The notes beneath the pieces are model-generated. The model was given only the letters and a program-made list of their open reading frames with translations, was not told the origin of the DNA and made no database searches. A DNA stretch of 29,909 bases, taken from NCBI RefSeq assembly GCF_006345805.1, contig NW_021833524.1, positions 1 to 29,909 on the forward strand. Reading direction: 5' to 3'. The translations under genes were made by a program, and so were the position numbers. Below, in pieces: positions 10,700-22,831 of this stretch. The first letter of the stretch is position 1, and each line of letters starts with the position of its first letter. This stretch comes from Octopus sinensis. Lineage: Eukaryota.

Positions 10700-10843
10700 T
10701 TCTCTCACTCTTTCTTCTGTTGGCCTGCTCGCTTAGCCAGCGAGGTGGCGTCATTTGAAGGCTAAAGCAATGCGAAGCGCATCGTGACCAGCGATGTGTA
10801 ACAACATCTGATAAGCCTGGTCGGTCACGATGATCACGGTGAT
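10700..10843. repeat. Probable interspersed repeat fragment with a stem-loop
   Basis: GC-richer segment with a 10-bp inverted repeat catcgtgacc/ggtcacgatg and terminal tcacg duplications. Single copy in this window. Confidence 0.35.
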
Positions 10844-11836
10844 ATGAAGAACTACAATATCCAACATGTTCTATTAATTTTTAAAAACAATATGGCGTGA
10901 TTTGAAGAATATTCAGCTGATATTTCTAACTAGGCGAACGGCAACATAGAACCTTCCTCATTTTCTGTACATGAAGTGTATGAAGTTATGTTGAAAAATA
11001 TGGCGGCCAGCATTGAATGGGATGTGATGAGGACATTTTACTAAAATATATTTTTTTTAGCTTTTTCCCTCCACCGAATTCCTTTTCTGTTCTTCTTTAT
11101 ATTGCATGTTATTTAGTACTTTCTAGCTGGGAAAAGCTTTGATCTTGAGCAGCATTCAACAACTCTTTAGTTATAGCTTTCATCCCCGGAACTTCTAAGC
11201 CATCGCTGAATATTTTTTTTTATATTGATCTCCATCCATTTTGCTCAATTTCGCGGGAGTATTAACTGTGCTTGGGTGTTTTTCCTTTTTTTAACCACCA
11301 TTTTGTTTTTGTCAGCATGTTGCTTTTCCGTCACCATTTTATTTGTTCCATTTTACATTCTGTATTTTATTCTTTATTTTTATTTACATCCCAGATTTCT
11401 TCTCATAAATTAACTATTGCTTTAGCCTCTTTTCCGTTGTAATTCCTGTTTACCTGCCATTATAATGGAAATAGAGGAAAAAGAGAGAGGGGAAAAAATC
11501 CCACCTTTATTTCTGTTTGCATTTTCGAGCTATTTGCGCTAATTTTCCGTACAGTTATTTTTGTAATTCTAAATGAGTTAGTTGATAACCGTTTCCTAAT
11601 TGTAAAACTACTCAACTTCCGTGTGTTTGTGGTAAATATAATCTTCCAGTGTCTCCTTTTGAATAATGCACTCTAAATGCTCTTACCGTTTTTTTTCTTT
11701 CTGGCTGTTCATTCAACGATCGTCGCTTTTTTCCTCTTTGTATTTTATTATATATTTTATATCACAATTAGTGAACAATAAAGTCATGAGTTAGCGTTAC
11801 TTACGGATATCTAACCTGTTAATCTCTGTTTCACAG

Positions 11837-11878
11837 CACTACTGATGGCGGGAATTTCAAGGGAGTATCTGCGACTGG
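11837..11878 (+). other. Candidate 42-nt exon
   Basis: ctaac branch-like motif, ctctgtttcacag acceptor and GG|gtaact donor. Length is divisible by 3 with two open frames. Lies in non-repetitive sequence. Confidence 0.25.
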
Positions 11879-11993
11879 GTAACTGGATATAGAACAAATA
11901 TCTCAAAGAATTTTAAGTTCGTAAAGGATTGCTTTTTTCTTTCGATTCTCTCGCTGATGTTTTTATCCTTTACTGGTTTATATATCGACGAAA

Positions 11994-11995
<2 letters not shown>

Positions 11996-12047
<52 letters not shown>

Positions 12048-12146
12048 TACTCACACACTTACACACACACACGCACACACACACACGCACATACTCACAC
12101 ACGTACATACACACACACGCACACACACACGCACGCACACACACAT

Positions 12147-12192
<46 letters not shown>

Positions 12193-12657
12193 ACACACAT
12201 GCGCACACACACACATACGCACGCACACACACGCACAATATGAGTTACAGTATCGACCAGATTACCGGATGTTGTTATACACCTCTGCTTACAATATTCT
12301 GCCATACATACATACATACATACATACATACATACATACATACATACATACATACATACACATACATACATACATTCATACATACATACATACATACACA
12401 CATACATACATACACACATACATTCATACATACATACATTCATACATACATACTTACATACATACATACATACATACATTCATTCATACATACATTCATA
12501 CATAAATACATACATACATACATTCATACACACACATACATACATACATACATACATACATACATACATACATACATACATACATACATACATACATACA
12601 TACATACACACATACATACATACACACACATTCATGCACATATGATACAAACACACA
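11996..12657. repeat. Compound (CA)n and (TACA)n tracts
   Basis: Direct reading, with a short unique spacer at about 12240-12302. Confidence 0.95.
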
Positions 12658-12911
12658 GATAAGGGTTTGTTCGTTACCTCAGTTAGTAACTTAAGCCTTC
12701 GCCCTCCCTGGGCCATAAGCCGTCTTCACTGTACTTGACTCTGGTCAGTCTTTTCCTCCTTCAGGTCTCCTTGGTTCTGAATTCTCATCGATCCTATGCA
12801 ACCCCATTTTAACCCCTGGAAAAAAGTTGTCTACAGTAGACGGGCTTTGACCTGTCCATAATAGGTGGCTCTACCAAGAACATAAGCCCTACTGACGCGA
12901 ACTCGTAGAAT

Positions 12912-13481
12912 AAGGCGGCGAGCTGGTAGAAACGTTAGCACGCCGGGCGAAATGCTTCGCGGTATTTCGTCCGCCGCATGCGTTCTGAGTACAAATTCCG
13001 TCGAGGTCGACTTTGCCTTTCATCCTTTCAGGGTCGATAAATTAAGTACCAGTTACGCACTGGGGTCGATATAATCGACTTAATCCGTTTGTCTGTCCTT
13101 GTTTGTCCTCTCTGTGTTTAGCCCCTTGTGGGTAGTAAAGAAATAGGTATTTCGTCTGCCGCTACGTTCAGAGTTCAAATTCCACCGAGGTCGACTTTGC
13201 CTTTCATCCTTTCAGGCTCGATAAATTAAGTACCAGTTACGCACTGGGGTCGATCTAATCGACTGGGCCCCTCCCCCATAGAGTAGAAAAAGAATTGTTT
13301 GGCCGCCGCGCTAAATACTGCTAAGAATTTCATCCGTCTTTTCGTTCTGGGTTCGAATACCACCAGGGTTGTCTTTGCCTTTCATCATTTGGGGTTCAAT
13401 AAAATAAGTCACAGTCGATAAAATAAGTAAACGTCCAGCAAACCTGCTGGCCTTGTGGTAAAATTCGAAACCAATATTATT
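12912..13481 (+). mobile_element. Head-to-tail array of three SINE family A units
   Basis: Full unit 12912-13145, 5'-truncated unit 13146-13295 and diverged unit 13305-13481. Each contains ctttgcctttcatc...ataaa.taagt. Confidence 0.88.
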
Positions 13482-13659
13482 GGTTACCTCAATACACTAC
13501 AGCTTATATAAAGAACCCAATAAGAGATTAGAACTTAGAAGAGTAAAATATATAACTACCAAACAAAAAATCTGTTTCAAATTGCAGAAATCCACGATAC
13601 GAGATTTTACAGTAGCACAAAGGTTCTGCAATGCGAAAAATTGCTACAGAAACGAATAT

Positions 13660-13797
13660 AGATACATACATAATACCATACATACATACATACATACATA
13701 CTTAGTACATACATATACGCGCGCCAAACACCACACATACTCCACGCACATGGCATCCATACATGCGCACACATACACATACAACATATATACTTAT

Positions 13798-13879
<82 letters not shown>

Positions 13880-13905
13880 CCCACACACATACAACACGCA
13901 TACAT
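13660..13905. repeat. (TACA)/(TA)n tract
   Basis: Direct reading. Confidence 0.9.
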
Positions 13906-14123
13906 CCACAGGCAACCCCCCCCCCCGCTCTTCTGCTACACTTCATAATTATCGTGATTATTATTGACAGACATCTAATTACGGATATCTTTAAACTCCT
14001 TAATTTTCCATTTTTATGTTTTGGCACCAGAAATGACAGAAACTCATTGATCAGCCACGCAACGCCTTCCCACCAGAATATATTACTTATTTGCTTACCG
14101 TTGGCGCGAGTTGTGTCAGGCAG

Positions 14124-14169
14124 CGCCGCCGCCGCCGCCGCCGATCCACCACCGCCGCCGCCGCCGCCG
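14124..14169. repeat. (GCC)n trinucleotide tract
   Basis: Direct reading. Confidence 0.9.
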
Positions 14170-14239
14170 TGCATCCTTCGACGTCACCACAGATGGAGTC
14201 GTTGAGGTTGATGTTGTTGTTGCCGTTGCTGTTGCTGTT

Positions 14240-14595
14240 CTTTCTTTCTTTCCTTATTTCTTTGTTTGTTTGTTTGTTTGTTTCTTTTTTCTTTCTTTCC
14301 TTCTTTCTTTTTTCTTTCCTTCTTTCTTTTTACTTTCTTTCTTTTTTCTTTCTTTTTTCTTTCCTTCCTTCTTTTTTCTCTCTTTCTTTCTTTCGGTTCT
14401 TTCTTTCTTTCTTTTTTTTTTTTTTTTTTTCTTTTTTTTCTTTCCTTCTTTTCTTCTCTCGCTTTTCTTCTCTTACTTTCCTTTTCTTCTTACCTTCTTT
14501 ACTTTTTTTCCTTTCTTATTTCTTTCTTTCTTTCTTTCCCTCTTTCCCTCTCTCTCTTTCTTTCATTACTTCCTTCCTTCCTTCCTTCCTTTCTC
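14240..14595. repeat. (CTTT)n-like polypyrimidine tract
   Basis: Direct reading. Confidence 0.93.
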
Positions 14596-14705
14596 CTCAT
14601 TATCGCCGTCGTCGTTGTCCTTATATCCTTTCACCTGTTTCACCCATTGGACTGCAGCAATTACTCACTCCCACGTGCAGACACACACACACACACACAC
14701 ACACA

Positions 14706-15086
14706 TGATAGGATACTGAAAAGTTCCTAGCTTTAAAGTTATCAAGAAAGGCCTGGTTGGAGGTTCAACCTTTCCAGTTCCTTTACAGGGCTTAGGAAAT
14801 TGATATACCGCTGCAATAAGTGAGAGAATCCGAGAGGGGAATATGTTGAATAAAATCGTAATTAACTGATTCTCCTGTATGCTCTATTACCTATTTCTTT
14901 ATTACCCACAAGGGGCTAAGCACAGAGGGGACAAACAAGGACAGACATAGGTATTAAGTCGATTACATCGACCCCAGTGCGTAACTAGTACTTAATTTAT
15001 CGACCCCGAAAGGATGAAAGGCAAAGTTGACCTCGGCGGAATTTGAACCCACTACCCCAAGCTAGGAACTTTTCAGCAGTCCTTCG
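14706..15086 (+). mobile_element. Second mariner-derived MITE, interrupted by a SINE
   Basis: TIRs actgaaaagttcctagcttt / aagctaggaacttttcagcagtccttcg-TA. Interior reads RCNK*ENPRGEYVE*. Homologous to 3268-3477. Confidence 0.85.
14890..15050 (-). mobile_element. SINE family A, 5'-truncated, nested in the mariner MITE
   Basis: Reverse complement of about 12990-13147. Confidence 0.9.
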
Positions 15087-15299
15087 TATTGCTTGACTGA
15101 GGAATCGGCTGCTATGTCTAGCTAGACGTCTGTCATTGTCAAGCCCAAGCAAGGGCGAAATTACGTGATCTGGCCGTTCCAGTGGCAGGAATTACTGAGG
15201 TGTTTGGAAAAACTTTTACGAACGATCTGGAAGATGAAATATGAACTCTAGCTCTGGACACACACTAAGAAGTGTTTCGCCCAGAAATAGAGAACTTGT

Positions 15300-15486
15300 T
15301 GTAGTAGAAAACACTTGGGCAAGTGTTTTCTATTACAGCTTCGGGCTGACCAAAGTCTTGTGAGTGGATTTGGTAGACGGAAACTGAAAGAAACCCCTCT
15401 ACTTCCCAACCACAGGTTTCCGTGTTCAGTCCTACTGTAGGCAACTTGGGCAAGTGTCTTCTACTACAGCTTCGGACTGACCAAAA
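15300..15486 (+). mobile_element. Two rearranged SINE family B fragments
   Basis: cttgggcaagtg..ttcta.tacagcttcgg.ctgaccaaa occurs twice. Flanked by the direct repeat agagaact (15289-15296, 15487-15494). Confidence 0.8.
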
Positions 15487-15723
15487 AGAGAACTCACCAG
15501 GACTTGAGTAGTTTCTAGAGATCTCTCTGTTAGATCTCAAAGAGAAAATCATCACAAGGAAAGAGAAAAGAAAATGCTTGTGACCCTGGCATATCTGCTA
15601 GAGATACAGAAGGGTTTCCAACATTGCAATCACCATCAAGAGAAGAGCTTGCAACGTCTTGGTATATATTTTTTGTAGATTCCATGTGGTGCAAAGTATC
15701 TCTGATGTTTTTTATCCCCACCC

Positions 15724-15923
15724 CACCCAAATAGTATTTTAGTTAACGCTCCTAAGGCACAAGCGGGGGCGGGATGATCATGCAGCGACAACAGCAGATG
15801 CCCATCGGGAAGCGGGGTCGCATTCGAGGCTGAGGTAGTATCTGGCCCTAATAGCAAAAACTACTTTCCCAGCAGCTACGGCTGTAGCGGAAATAGTAGC
15901 AACACCATTGCTAGTGATAATTC

Positions 15924-15963
<40 letters not shown>

Positions 15964-16780
15964 GACAACACTATTGTGCTGACAACAGCTCCAACAACGA
16001 CGATGGTTATAGCAGCCCCAACGAAGACATCAACAATGACAACAACAACAACACCAACACCAATTTTGCCACCGATGATGTCCCCTATGTCAGCATTAAC
16101 GACGCCAACACCAGCACCAACGGAAGTAGCAGCGTCAACAACATCAACAGAAGCAGCAACGCCAACAGCAGCATTCCAAAATATATCGAATGCCCCAGAA
16201 ACACCTTCAAGCGACGCCTCTTCAACCACACATCCTCATTTAGGATCCGGGAAAGACGTTATGCCACGTCCTTTGGACAGCCACGTGTGACGCCTGAAGG
16301 ATGAAGGGACTCCATATGTAATCACATGGAAGATCCTAGAAAAACCGAGCCCCTACATCAACGGGAGCAAACGTTGCAAAACGAGCATAATGGACAGAGT
16401 GAGGATATTAAAAACAAAATTCTTTCTACCCAGGAAACATCGTAAATTCCAGGAGGGATGTCTTCGGACGCTGTTTACGCTTCAGGCAATTCCTATTGAA
16501 ATCCTGGGAACCGCAAGCTCACTGGGTGGATTCCGGATAGTAGTGATAAGTCCCTTGCGCTTGATCGTCTTTGTCGGTGTGTCCGTAAACTATCCACGAA
16601 GACTTTTCTTCCTCCAATTTGAAGAGAGGTTATAGGCTACCGGTCATTGCGGTCTGACGAGACGTACATAACGCTAACGTTTTATGGACGCGAAACCTTG
16701 GGTAACCCTATGAACTGGTCATAACTAACATTCTCTAAATACACTACTGCTCTATAACTTACGTTGTGCTTCTCTTTCGA
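15724..16780 (+). mobile_element. Penelope-like element 3' portion: Cys linker, GIY-YIG endonuclease remnant and 3' pLTR region
   Basis: HPNSIL...G*SCSDNSRCPSGSGVAFEAEV, then an N/D/S-rich insert, then KYIECPRNTFKRRLFNHTSSF...YATS(fs)LDSHV*RLKDEGTPYVITWKILEKPSPYINGSKRCK...(fs)IVNSRRDVFGRC. Homologous to the 28770-29120 remnant and followed by an HHR. Confidence 0.8.
16639..16719 (+). ncRNA. Type I hammerhead ribozyme with canonical core
   Basis: Stem I ggt/acc, extended by accgg-tcat/atga-a-ctggt. CUGACGA at 16654-16660. Stem II g(a)cgt.cataa/ttatg.acgc. GAAA at 16692-16695. Stem III acc/ggt. GUA cleavage triplet ends at 16704. Confidence 0.85.
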
Positions 16781-16796
16781 TTTATGGTCTCTTAAC

Positions 16797-17067
16797 CATA
16801 CATGCATACATACATACATACATACGTACATACATACATACACACATACATACATACATACACACATACATCATGCATACAAACATACATAGAAACATAC
16901 ATACATACATACACACATACATACATGCATACATACATACATACATAATACATACACACATCATACATGCATGCCACATCATACAGACATCATACATACA
17001 TACAATACATACATACATCATACATACATACATACATACATGCATACATACTACATACATATATACA

Positions 17068-17101
<34 letters not shown>

Positions 17102-17318
17102 CATACATACACACACACATACATACACACACATACATACATACATACATATATACATACATACATACATATATACATAGATACATACATACACACACAT
17201 ACATACATACATACATACACACACATACATACATGCATACATATATACATACATACATACATATATACATACATACATACATACACACACATACATACAT
17301 ACATACATATATACATAC

Positions 17319-17349
<31 letters not shown>

Positions 17350-17400
17350 TATATATACATTACATACATACACACACGCACACACGCATACACACATACT
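16797..17400. repeat. Long degenerate (TACA)n tract
   Basis: Direct reading. Confidence 0.95.
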
Positions 17401-18227
17401 CATGCCTCGAGTTCTATTTTCCTGTTTGCGTCGCCAAACTTGTGTGTGTAATATATGTCATATTATATATATTATATATATATATATATAAAATTGCGTA
17501 TGTATACATACGTGTGTGTGTGTGTACATCTTTATTCACACATACACATACACACACACTCACACTCATACAAAAATAAAAGATAAATAAAACACCGACA
17601 GTCTGCCAAGAAAAGGAAATCGTATAATATTCCTCCTGTTTAATATATATACAATTTTTTCCTTAATTACGTGGCTCTTGTCACATTTGGGCGGAATTAC
17701 TCTTTAACCTCGTCACCTCAGCATTTCAAGACCGGTAAACTCTGACCTAGTAACCCATAGCTCTTTTTCTCTGACACGTCTTTTCGCCCAACGACACCGA
17801 CCGTTATTAAACAATACTAAACATCTACAGAACCAAAGAATCTCGGTTTACACGCAAGTCAGGCCAGTTTAAAAGGGACCTGAACTTTATTGCAGACACA
17901 GTCGGTTAGAGTGATTTAGTAGGCTGCAAATACTGTAATTAGTACGGCAAACACAACGGCGTCTACTTTACATAGAATGAACAATGTTTCGTTTCATTTA
18001 AACAGAATGGACAGTAAGAAACTCCAATAACAATGAACTATATTGATTTTTTTAATAGGCTTCGTATGTTCGGTTTTAAAACAAGCCATGTTCCGTTTAA
18101 TAGCAGTTGGATGGCAAGTAACCAGAGCACTGGTTCTCAGCCATTTTGTTTTTTTAACTTAGGGGGCTCCTTTGGTCCGTATTTTACTGGGATGGACCCT
18201 CATAGCCAGTTGATGCTTAAAAAGTCC

Positions 18228-18388
18228 TGGTTCCGGGTTCAGTCCCACTGCGTGTCGCCTTGGGCAAGTAGCTTCACTACTACAACAGCTTCGGACTGAC
18301 CAAGCCGTGTGAGTGGATTTTGTAGACGGAAACTGAAAGAAGCCCGTCGTATATATATATACGCGCGCACACACACGCATACATATGC

Positions 18389-18442
<54 letters not shown>

Positions 18443-18690
18443 CAACCCACACACATACATACGTACATACATATGTGTGTGAGTGTGTGTTTAGTCCTTA
18501 CCCCCACTTAACAAATAGTGTTGATGTGCTTATGACCCCCGTAACTTAGCGATTCGTCAAAACAGTCCGATAGAATAAGTACCAGGATTAGAGATAAAGT
18601 ACTGAGGGTCGATTCGTCCAGCTAAAATTCTTTCAAGGCGGTGCTCAAGCATGGCCGCAGTCTAAAGAGTGAAACAAGGCAAAGATAAAA
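18228..18690 (+). mobile_element. SINE family B, slightly 5'-truncated, with a diverged 3' half
   Basis: tggttccgggttcagtcccactgcgt...ccttgggcaagt...gcggtgctcaagcatggccgcagtc. Confidence 0.88.
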
Positions 18691-18723
18691 ACTAAAATAT
18701 ATTTTTATTTTTAAATATTAATC

Positions 18724-18987
18724 TCTTTTACTCTTTTACTCTTTTTACTTGTTTCAGTCATTTGGCTGAGACCATGCTGGAGCACCGCCTTTAGTCGAGC
18801 AAATCGACCCCAGGACTTATTCATTGTTAGCCTAGTACTTATTCTATCGGTCTCATTTGCCGAACCGCTAAGTTACAGGGACGTAAACATAGCAGCACCG
18901 GTTGTTAAGCGATGTTAGGGCGACAAACACAGACACACAAACACTCATACATATATATATATATATATATAATATATAATATATATA

Positions 18988-19047
<60 letters not shown>

Positions 19048-19248
19048 CATCTACATACATATACATATATATATATACATTATAACGGCGGGCTTCTTTC
19101 AGGTTCCGTCTACCAAATCCACTCACAAGGCTTTGGTCGGCCCGAGGCTATAGTAGAAGACACTTGCCCAAGGTGCCGCGCAATGGGATTGAACCCGGAG
19201 CCATGCGGTTGGTAAACAAGCTACTTACCACACAGCCACTCCTGCGCC
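18724..19248 (-). mobile_element. Full-length SINE family B with expanded internal (TA)n
   Basis: Matches 8080-8491 end to end. Confidence 0.9.
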
Positions 19249-19811
19249 TATGCTCAGTTTGTTATTGGTTGTTGTCGATAATGTTATTGTTCAAACTCAG
19301 GTCAGTTCCGATCGAAAAAACAAACCTGCGTTCAAATGTGTGCGTATGAGGCAATGTGTGTGTATATGTCTACGTGCAGTTGTGTATGTCTATGGGTATA
19401 TAGCTATATAAGTCTACGTGGGAGCATTTGTGTCTATGTGTGAGTATTTATATATCTCTACGTGCGGATGTATGTGTCTATGTGTATGTACATATCTGTG
19501 TGTGGTCGTGTGTGAAAAAACTTGTTTTCCTACGTCTGTTCCAGTGACTGCTTTATTCGTTGTGCATATGTGTGTGTCTGTATAACTATGTATCTGTGCG
19601 CATATGTGCATGATTGTGTATGTGTGAGTATGCCCATGTATGTGTATGAATGTGTGTGTGTATGTGTGAGTGTGAGCATGCTTCTGTTTGGTCAAATTAT
19701 ACGCACAAAGGTAATTTTATTACGTTATTTTCTCTCCAAAGTGCATTTAAGAAGTCTGAGACTTTGTCTTTAACTACGCCTCATTAGTTATTTCTCCATT
19801 CTCCATAATAG

Positions 19812-20875
<1,064 letters not shown>

Positions 20876-21317
20876 TGTTTATCAACTCTCTTTAGTTCAG
20901 ACTCGCTCTATTATCAAATTACAATATTTTCCAAATCTATATTGGTTAAAATCAGAACCGGCAACGAATATATTTCGCTCAGTTTTAAAACAAAATTTTT
21001 TGACAGAAACCTATTCCTTCACCTCATTCTTTGACCTTTTTTCCCGTAATTTCCTCCAAACTCCGCATCTCTTAACCTTCTCTACCATTCTAACGAAATC
21101 GATAAAGTCTTCGAGGCTGAAGATCAGTGTGTTTATACGTGCAAGCGTCTTTCCTCTTCGGCATTTTTTTTCGTTTGACCGTTGTTGCTTTCATGTGACC
21201 TGTGATACGAAGAAGTGTTTTCTTAAAAGCATCTGTCAATGATGAATAAACGATCGTTAATTCCCCTGGCCGTTACTATCAGCAGAAATTTGGGTTTTTT
21301 TTCTTCCTGTTTATAAA

Positions 21318-21410
21318 AGGCATGGCTACGTGGTTGAGAAGCTCGTTTTGCAAACGGTTGGTTTCTGGTTCAAGTCTTACCCCACGGCACCTTGGGCAAG
21401 TGGTTTCTAC
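21318..21410 (+). mobile_element. SINE family B head fragment (diverged)
   Basis: aggcatggctacgtggttgagaagc...ggcaccttgggcaagtg. Confidence 0.7.
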
Positions 21411-21417
21411 GACCAAC

Positions 21418-21660
21418 GTCTTTTATCTTTTATCTTTTACGTTTTGCTTGTTTCAGTCATTAGACTGCGGCCATGCTGGGGCACTGCATTGAATTCTTAC
21501 TCAAACGAATCGACCCAGTACTTATTATTTCTTTAAAACCTGGTACTTATTCTATCGGTTTCTTTTGCCGAAGCACTAAGTTACAGGGATGCAAACACAC
21601 CAACACCGGTTGTCAAGCAATGGTGGTGGTGGCTGCGTAAGCACAGACAGAAAGACACAC
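21418..21660 (-). mobile_element. SINE family B 3' part
   Basis: gtttcagtcattagactgcggccatgctgg...tcgaccc...tttgccgaagcactaagttac. Confidence 0.85.
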
Positions 21661-21686
21661 ACACACACACACACATACACACACGT

Positions 21687-21795
21687 ATCGAGTTAGAAAA
21701 CAGAGAGATCTAATGAATGCAAATTAATTCATCAATTAATTAACATATTCACCAACAATTGTTTCATTTCACGAATAAGATTAAAATTACAAAAT
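21687..21795 (-). repeat. Interspersed repeat with a partial HHR-like motif (second copy at 27402)
   Basis: tatcgagttagaaaacagagagatctaatg...attcaccaacaattgtttcatttcac is repeated at 27402-27503. Confidence 0.75.
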
Positions 21796-21911
21796 ATATA
21801 AGCGCAGGAGTGGTTGTGTGGTAAGCAGGCTACTTACCAGACAACCACTCCTGCGCTTATATGTTTTGTAATTTTAATCTTATTTGTGAAATGAAACAAT
21901 TATTGGTGAAT
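21747..21911. repeat. 165-bp near-perfect palindrome
   Basis: Two 82-bp arms with a 1-nt centre (21829) and 5 mismatches. Confidence 0.95.
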
Positions 21912-22360
21912 TCGCCTGAGATTCGAAATTAATCCACTCGCTTGCTGCTTGTCAAACAAGTGTCACTCTTTGTGTTTACACCTCCACACTTGACCTCCTA
22001 GTTCCTTGCTGGTCACGGAAAGGTCAGTCGTTTGTTTAGAATTTGACCTACATTCTAGAATAGTCTATATAACAGAGACCATTTCCTTTCTCGCCCTCTT
22101 TTGTGTCGGCCATGACCAGGGACAACATTTCTCTTCGTCCTTCAGTCGCTATACGAAGCGTTGTTCTGCCGAAATCAAGAACCGGCGATGTCACTTTTAT
22201 CCTTTCTTCCTCTCTTGTCAGCACCATGCATTCCCTATTCTGTCTCTCCCTACCAGCAAGCGCAACTTCCATACTATCGACTACCAACGAGCGGGCGAAC
22301 CTTTTGTCACTGTCGACTACAATTACTTCAGGTTTAAGGCGACTACAATTACGCAGGTTT

Positions 22361-22593
22361 AAGGCGGCGAGCTGGCAGAAACGTTAACGCGCCGGGCGAA
22401 ATGCTTAGCGGTATTTCGTCTGCCGTTACGTTCTGAGTTCAAATTCCGCATAGGTCGACTTTGCTTTTCATCCTTTCGGGGTCGATAAATTAACTGCCCG
22501 TTACGCACTGGGGTCGATGTAATCGACTTAATCCCTTTGTCTGTCCTTGTTTGTCCCCTCTATGCTTAGCCCCTTGTGGGCAATAAAGAAATA
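22361..22593 (+). mobile_element. Full-length SINE family A
   Basis: aaggcggcgagctggcagaaacgtt...ccccttgtgggcaataaagaaata, near-identical to 12912-13145. Confidence 0.92.
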
Positions 22594-22600
22594 TATATAT

Positions 22601-22657
22601 GGCAGGTTTCTTTCAGTTTCCATCTACCAAATCCATTCACCAGGCTTTGGTTGCCCC
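22601..22657 (-). mobile_element. SINE family B internal fragment
   Basis: ttctttcagtttccatctaccaaatccattcaccaggctttgg. Confidence 0.7.
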
Positions 22658-22831
22658 TGGTCTATTCATTGTGGGTACATAATGCAGTAGACGAAATGTT
22701 GTTTTGCAACCTATGTTTGCGTTCTCCTTCAATTCTTCCCCATTCTTCAATCTTTTGGTTGTTCCTTGCTCAACTATTTCACACTTTACACAACGTTGAT
22801 CTCAACAGTTTGTCACCTCCATTATTTCGTT

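Noticed and set aside
12660-12900. Possible RTE-related fragment (tttgacctgtcc...ctctacca motif)
   Set aside because: Single short recalled motif with no second copy or peptide support.
15976-16290. Mucin-like Thr/Pro-rich ORF
   Set aside because: It is an alternative frame of the Penelope GIY-YIG region; the conserved nuclease motifs lie mostly in another frame.
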